A stretch of DNA of 64,000 nucleotides from Octopus vulgaris (Eukaryota). The position numbers and the translations under genes are program-made. This document shows positions 55,383-64,000 of the stretch, piece after piece. Each line of letters opens with the position of its first letter. Position 1 is the first letter of the stretch. The stretch spans positions 109,988,001-110,052,000 of the forward strand of contig OX597821.1 of assembly GCA_951406725.2 (NCBI GenBank), read 5' to 3'. The notes beneath the pieces were generated by a model that saw only the letters and a list, made by a program, of their open reading frames with translations, was not told where the DNA came from and ran no database searches.

Positions 55383-56133
55383 GGCGTACCTACACTTTTG
55401 GTCTCCTGTATGTAAGTACATATATATCTAAATACTGTACGGCTCTTTTTCTCTTTCTTTTAGCCCCCTTCACACTCTCTTCGTTCTTTCCACTTTTCTT
55501 TTTCTCGCTCCCCCTCTCTCACATTCTCTTCATTCTCACTTTCCCTCTTCTTTTACGTCACTCTTTCCCTTTCCTTACTTTTTCTCCTTTTCACGTCCCT
55601 CCCTAATTCTTCAATCCGTCTTCCCCCTACCTCTCTCCTCTCCTTCCATGTGACTGGTGTTCCACCAAGCCTGACCCTTCTTTCTCGGTTTGACTACCAT
55701 CCGAGTAGCATCTCTTTTATTTCTTCCCATGACTTCCATCTTCTAAGTTCCTGCCGTAGGTCTTCACTTCCACACACATGCCAGCAGAAATTTAATTCGC
55801 CCTTAGTCGAAAGACACCTTTTGTCAGTGACCGGTTGTTTGTATTTGTAATTGTGTAATATTTCTCTGCTTTTTTTCATCCTTGTTTTCGTATACATTCC
55901 CTTGCTTTCTTCGAAGGAGTGTAGTATTCTTAGCTTGTTTTTTCTTAGGGCCGGTCGGATTGGAGTAGTCTCGCGTGTAACTGGCCGAAACTGCAAAGAC
56001 GATCTGGAACCTGACTGAGGATAAGAAGCTCCGAATGACCCGTCCAAGTTTTTTCCCTGTCTTTTTTGTATCGTCTAACTGTCTGGATGTTTTGTTATCG
56101 CCTGTAACGTTCTTGTTCCATTTTTTATTATCT

Positions 56134-56135
<2 letters not shown>
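55205..56135 (+). mobile_element. Non-autonomous element with diverged terminal direct repeats (pLTR-like)
   Basis: 55215-55330 repeats 55929-56125 with an internal deletion; same family as 24662-25105; ends in (TA)n. Confidence 0.55.
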
Positions 56136-56177
<42 letters not shown>

Positions 56178-56809
56178 TCTTTTATTCTTTCGTTTGTTGA
56201 TTGCGGGTATGCTGGAGCACCGCCTTATATATATACGTATGTATGTATGTATGTATGTATGTATGTATGTATGTATGTATGTATGTACATATATGTACGT
56301 ATGTAATGCTTATCTATTTATCTCATCAGCAAATATTTATCTCAATTTTTTTCTTCTTATCTCTCTCTCTCTCTCCCCCCTATTTATCTGTCTGATTTAC
56401 CAGTTCCTGTGTCACTCATTTTCTCTACATCTCTAATCAACACTCTTTTATTCATTCACACACATACATACATGTACTAATACACACACAAACACACACA
56501 CAAACATTTACACACACACACATTTACACACACATTTACACACACACACATATATATATATATGCAAATGAGATGACAAAGGAATAAAAGATTATCTTAT
56601 GAACTTGATTAGCTTACAGTTGTTTCCGCTATAGGTGTCAGTGGATTCATAGTTGAGTGCTTGAGTAACATCTCATAGCTTCATCGAAACCTTGATATGA
56701 AGTGCAATTTAAAATAAAGATAATACTCAGACACTCAGCTATGATTCCATTGCATCTTATACGAGAGAAATCCATAATCGTTTATTCCTTTGCCATCTCA
56801 ATATGTTAA

Positions 56810-56883
<74 letters not shown>

Positions 56884-56931
56884 GGATAGATGGATAGATT
56901 AGATGGATAGATGGATATATATATATATATA

Positions 56932-58009
<1,078 letters not shown>

Positions 58010-58063
58010 TCATAGATGTATAGATAGACAGGCAGACATATATACTCGTATATCTATATATAC

Positions 58064-58107
<44 letters not shown>

Positions 58108-58437
58108 TTATATATGCATACATACATATGTTTATAATATATATACATACTCACACATACATGTATGGACGTTTGCATGCATGTATGTTTGTATGTATGC
58201 ATATTATATACATTCACAAAAATATATATTTAGAAAGAGACTGTGGGGAGAGAGAAGGAGCTATTAAAGAGAGAGAGAGAGAGGGGGGAGAGGGGGAGTG
58301 AGAGATAGAGAGGGAGACATACAGATCGATAGATAATTAGATAGAGTCTACGATAGTCTTATCATAAATCATAAATATAAATTCAGAGACAGAAAGAGCG
58401 AAATTGTTGCACAAGAGTTTTGTTTGTAGGTTACAGA

Positions 58438-58609
<172 letters not shown>

Positions 58610-59122
58610 GAGGAACAGGGAGAGAGATGCTGAGCGTAAGACAAGCGAAACAAAGATTCAAATAAATGTAAAAACAAACAAATGAAAAAAAAAAAAAATT
58701 GGGAAAAAACAAAAAGATAAAAAAGACACAGAAACAACCCCCACCCCAGCCCACTCCACCCCACCCCACCCCCTTTTCCGCCCTAAACACATAGAGATAA
58801 CCACGAATTATATATATATATAAGTGCAAAGATCTTGGCAGCCACACATCTGATGTTTGGTGTAACAGAATAATGAAACGTATGTCACAAGTGTTCTCCG
58901 AAATAGATATATCTTAACATCCATAGAGAAGTCGTAAATATTAGTTGCAAAACAGCTGCTTGCTCCTCAAAGAATTTTCTGATAAACATTCTGTATTATA
59001 TGCTATTCATAATATGTATTGCTTGAAATTTTTGCAATACTTACCCCACCAACACCCTTCCACCCCGTATTTTAATATCAGCAGAATATGAATATGTGTG
59101 TGAGTGTGTGTGTGTGTCTGTG

Positions 59123-59256
<134 letters not shown>

Positions 59257-59257
59257 G

Positions 59258-59288
<31 letters not shown>

Positions 59289-59295
59289 ATATACA

Positions 59296-59423
<128 letters not shown>

Positions 59424-59443
59424 TATGTATATGTATAAATATG

Positions 59444-59493
<50 letters not shown>

Positions 59494-59592
59494 CAGGCAG
59501 ATAGACAGATGAGTACAAACATACACACATATATATATATATATAGACACAGAGACACATGCAGCACATAAATGCACATATACACACACACA

Positions 59593-59638
<46 letters not shown>

Positions 59639-59718
59639 TATACATGTTTATTGCCACCACGCTGTTTCTCTCTCTCTCTCTCGCTGTCCTTTGTCTTTTC
59701 TCTGTCCCTTTTTTCTCC

Positions 59719-59842
<124 letters not shown>

Positions 59843-59857
59843 GCACATATATATATA

Positions 59858-59893
<36 letters not shown>

Positions 59894-60153
59894 CATACAT
59901 ACATACATACATACATACATACATACATACATGCATGCATACATACATGGGGTAAAATGTGAGATGTATGCGTATATTCATAGATGCCCAAAAACATATA
60001 CATTCGTTTAAGCAAGTTTACATCACAGATATAATATCTAGATGTATGCGATAACCGACAATAATTAAGATATCTATCCGTGTGCCTATCTGCCTGTCTG
60101 GCAGTTTTGTCTTTATCTCTCTACACAACTAGATAAATAGCTAGATACATATA

Positions 60154-60202
<49 letters not shown>

Positions 60203-60454
60203 GCGCGCGCGCACACATACACACATACAAATGGGTTGTTAGGTGGGTGTGTAGATAGACAGGTAGGTAAGTAGGTAGGTGTGTACGCAGCGTAATGTTA
60301 AGGAGATACGAATGGCACTGATATGCAACACACACATACACACACACACATACCCAAAACCACAGAATAGCAAAAATAAGTTTGTGAATCACGTGTGCGT
60401 ACGTATCTATATCTATAGCTATAGCTGTATCCATCCGTCCGTCCAACATCAGAG

Positions 60455-61010
60455 TCCGGCAAGTTTGTCAGTACCACACGAGAGCTGCATAGAACAGCAG
60501 CACATATTTAAGGTCGAGCAAATATGACGAGCTGGCAAATCAGCTTGGGATTGAGGGTTTCCCCTGTACTGTGAAACCAGTTGACGTTGAATCGCTAGGG
60601 TACGTGGCTGCATGGACCAGTCAGCATACTCAGGCAGTTGGGTATCGAAGGCCACTGAAGGACGGTCACAATTACACGGTTGTCTGATGTTGCTGGAAAG
60701 AGCTCAGTATGGATATGGGCAAAGAGAAATGACCAATGGACCTAGTTATGGATTTCATTGCTTATTTACAGGAAAAGTAAGGAAGAAGAGAACTGGTTCC
60801 CTCGTGAGTCATCGTGGCCTGGTGGACTAAAACACAGACCCGGGAATAAAAGAACGACCCAGGTTCAAATCCTGCTGGAGACAGGGTTCGGGAAAGCAGC
60901 AGAGAACACCCAGGAGTCATGCCCTGGGTGAACCCGGTTCCTCTAGTGTGTCAGGTATAAGGGCCGAAACATTTGTCGAATGGGAGTCCTTACTTTGAAG
61001 ATTACTCTTT
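60455..61010 (+). mobile_element. HERO/NeSL-like non-LTR retrotransposon 3' end (restriction-like endonuclease) plus UTR
   Basis: LSVPHESCIEQQHIF/SKYDELANQLGIEGFPCTVKPVDVESLGYV../ILRQLGIEG..RLSDVAGKSSVWIWAKRNDQW, with frameshifts. Confidence 0.65.
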
Positions 61011-61742
61011 GCGCTCGCCTTACGGCAAGTTTCTGTCATTTTTTTTTTCTATTTATCGTAGCAGCGAGATTCGGCTGATATTTGGTGACCAGGCGCCTCC
61101 TACTGATGATGTCCAGGAGACTGAAATTATACAGTAGACTGAAAGATACAGGAATTCTGGTGCCCATGACAGATGATTCCCTTCTGCTATGATTCCCTTC
61201 TGCATATGAGACGTTCTGTCAAGGCTAATATCAAAATATTCGATGTGCTAACAAGGCATATATGTTTAGTTGGATATAAAGATCGCCCTTATACACACAC
61301 ACAGACATACACGCACACACACATACGCATTCACACTCACACTCACACATACACACATATATGTGTGTATACATACATACATACATACATACATACATAC
61401 ATACATACATACATACATACATACATACATACATACATACATACATAGACTGTAAGCTGGGAATATCTTTAAGACTTCAGACGAAATGGCTTGACGTTAT
61501 GATTTGAAATCTTGGACAGGTTAACTTTGTCTTTCATCCCTTTGTGGACGATAACATAATATACCAGTCATGTACTCGTGTCGATACAATCGACTTCCTT
61601 GTCCTCTTTTCTCAAAATTGCTGGCCTTCAACTCTGCAACGGAATGCCGTTCCCTTCACTGGCAATGTCGTAATTCTAGTGACGTATATGCTATGTCGTG
61701 GAAAATGAGTAAGCGGCTTATGTGTTCTAGGGTTAAACAAAA

Positions 61743-61814
<72 letters not shown>

Positions 61815-61850
61815 TTTGTACACTTGTAACATCATATATATATATATATA

Positions 61851-62747
61851 CTAGCAGAGATACCCGGCGTTGCCCGGTTACATTCATTTGAAGAATTAGA
61901 CTTTTCTATTATATATTCTGCCGGTTACATTCATTTGAAGAATCAGACTTTTCTATTATAAATGAACTGGAACATCTATGTTTCGAATTTCATCAAAATT
62001 GCAGATGAGGGTTATTTCCCTCTTTACACACCCTAAAAAAATTGTAATCGTGCCACATGGAAACCAAAAGACGAATGATCACAATAAGCAGTCAGTAACC
62101 CTACTGGACAGAATGAATTTATAATCTATAAATGTCTTTGAATAACCAGTCACTCATCTGGGAATAATAATCAATGTTACCATCAGGAGACTATGTGTGA
62201 CCGAGTGATAATAAAAAGACTGAAAAGAGGTCTGGAATCAAATAACTTTACTCAACACTTTGCAACTGAATCAGTGGAGACAAAGATGCCTCTCATTTAC
62301 TTAACAATTTATGCACCACATTGCAGAAATCACAATCTAAGTGTATGTCAAAGCAAGCTGTTACACTGTTGTAGCATTGAATTACAAATAGTGCCCAACT
62401 TTTATGCCCGGGTAAGCCGACAGATTCCAAGAGCACAACTGTATTCGTTTTTGCTTAGATAAAATGACAAAATTTTGGGTGTTAAGTCCCCATTGAGGGG
62501 TGTTTCTAACTTTGTAAGAAGATGGAATTTTATAAATATTACTTCATTTGTGTTTTATATGTATGGTTAAAATTTCATCAACAGCAAAAATATATGAATT
62601 GTCATAGGGGTTATGGCCCTTATCCTTAGAATATAATTTCCAAATTTCGTAAAGATCCATTCAGTACTTTTGACCTAGTTTGGGATCATAAAAGAAATGA
62701 CTAAAATTTGGGAGTTAAGGCTCCCATTAGGGTGTTATATATATAGA
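61851..62747 (-). mobile_element. Non-autonomous Helitron (~0.9 kb)
   Basis: Minus strand starts A|TCTATATATATAACACCC and ends CCGGGCAACGCCGGG-TATCTCTG-CTAG|T; 40-bp internal duplication at 61874 / 61921. Confidence 0.75.
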
Positions 62748-62821
62748 TATAGATATAGATACACACACACACAAAGATAAATTGATAGATACAACTGAGT
62801 GAGCAAACAAAAATATGAGAC

Positions 62822-63032
62822 ACAGCCTAGTGCTTTTTTATGTTGATGAGCCTAGTACTTATTGTATCAGTTTGTTCTTGTGAAACCAGTAAATTATGTG
62901 GATGTAAATAAATGAACAGCAGTTGTGAAGCAGTGATGAGGGCGAAACACACAGACAAAGATACAAACATACACTTACATATATACATATATATACGATT
63001 GATTTGTTTCAGTTCCTGTCTACGAAATCCAT
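62822..63032 (-). mobile_element. Degenerate SINE family A fragment
   Basis: GCCTAGTACTTATTGTATC..TTTCAGTTCCTGTCTACGAAATCCA. Confidence 0.55.
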
Positions 63033-63079
63033 ATATATTGTTGTTGGCATCCTTTTTGTCTCTGGAGTAAATGGAGTTG

Positions 63080-64000
63080 CGCATAAAATAATCTAGTCCG
63101 GCTTTTACATTTCATGTCCTAATACATCTCCTGCTGTGGCTGTGTAGTCCTATACTGGACAAACACTCCCTCTGGCAGGTACCGCAAATGTAGCGAAGAC
63201 TTTGCCTGGCTGGTTGTAATGTCATAGTTTCTTGTAGACGTCTTTTCTTGTCTCTCCATATCTCCTCTCTCTCTCTATGTCACTCCTTTTTGTTCCCTCT
63301 TTTACGGTACGTCGCCAATCTCCACGGCTGCTGGCAACTGCTTCCCAGTTGGTAATATTGATGTTGCAGGTATTCATGTCCCTTTTGCAAACATCCTTGT
63401 ATCGTAAGAACGGTCTCCCCACAGACTTAGTGCCCCTAGCAAGCTCTCCGTTGAGTATGTCCTTGGAGATTCTGCCATCTTCCATACGGCTAACACGTCG
63501 AAGCCATCTCATACGTCTTTGTGTGAGGAGGGTAAACATGCTTGGTATTCCTGCTTGCTTGAGGACATCTTTGTCGGGGACATGATTCTGCCATTTGATG
63601 CGAAGAAATTTCCGGAGGCAGCGCAGGTGAAAGATATTTAGGCGACGTATGGCGTCGTATGGCGTGTGTATGGCGTCCAAGTCTTACTTCCATACAGTAG
63701 AGTTCTAAGAACACATGCCTGGTAAATCATTTTTGTGGTCTTGGTCAGCTTATTGTTGTCCCATGCCCGTTTGGAGAGTTGGGCCATCACAGAAGCTGCC
63801 TTGCCAATGCGTATATTGAGCCCTGTATCAAGGGATAGGTTGTAGGTGACGGTAGATCCAAGATAGGTTAACTTCTCCACCTCCTGTAGTCTGTGGTCTC
63901 CAATATGTATGTTTGGGATGGTCGATGTAGCCTGACCCATGATGTTGGTCTTCTTGAGGCTGATAAATAAGCCAAAGTTGCCACATGCTTGCTCAAAACT
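63080..64000 (-). pseudogene. RTE-clade LINE C-terminal region, frameshifted (runs off window end)
   Basis: VEKLTYLGSTV..RIGKAA..IYQACVLRTLLYGSKTW / RRLNIFHLRCLRKFLRIKWQ..GELARGTKSVGRPFLRYKD. Confidence 0.9.

Noticed and set aside
56010-56046. Hammerhead at CTGAGGA..GAATGACCCGTC (and relative at about 24715-24750)
   Set aside because: No convincing stem II and the GAAA box is broken in both copies.

Overview
AT-rich, repeat-saturated animal non-coding DNA, most likely intronic or intergenic. The microsatellite load and SINE families point to an Octopus/coleoid cephalopod genome (inference). No host gene can be supported, and most ORF-track entries are microsatellite translations. Recognisable content: (i) four tRNA-derived SINE families, one expanded into a ~2.7-kb tandem array of 240-bp units with a 721-bp higher-order period; (ii) a 5'-truncated but frame-intact Penelope-like element (RT plus GIY-YIG) and many non-autonomous Penelope-type terminal repeats; (iii) fragments of RTE, CR1, R4/Dong-like and HERO-like LINEs; (iv) two non-autonomous Helitrons, mariner remnants and MITEs. 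The main hidden signal is about a dozen minimal hammerhead-ribozyme motifs of several sequence families. Some sit in or beside fold-back (inverted) duplications at (TA)n/(TAA)n tracts, including a 633-bp palindromic insertion with two ribozyme copies and an 11-bp target-site duplication. All calls were made by eye, so repeat boundaries are approximate.
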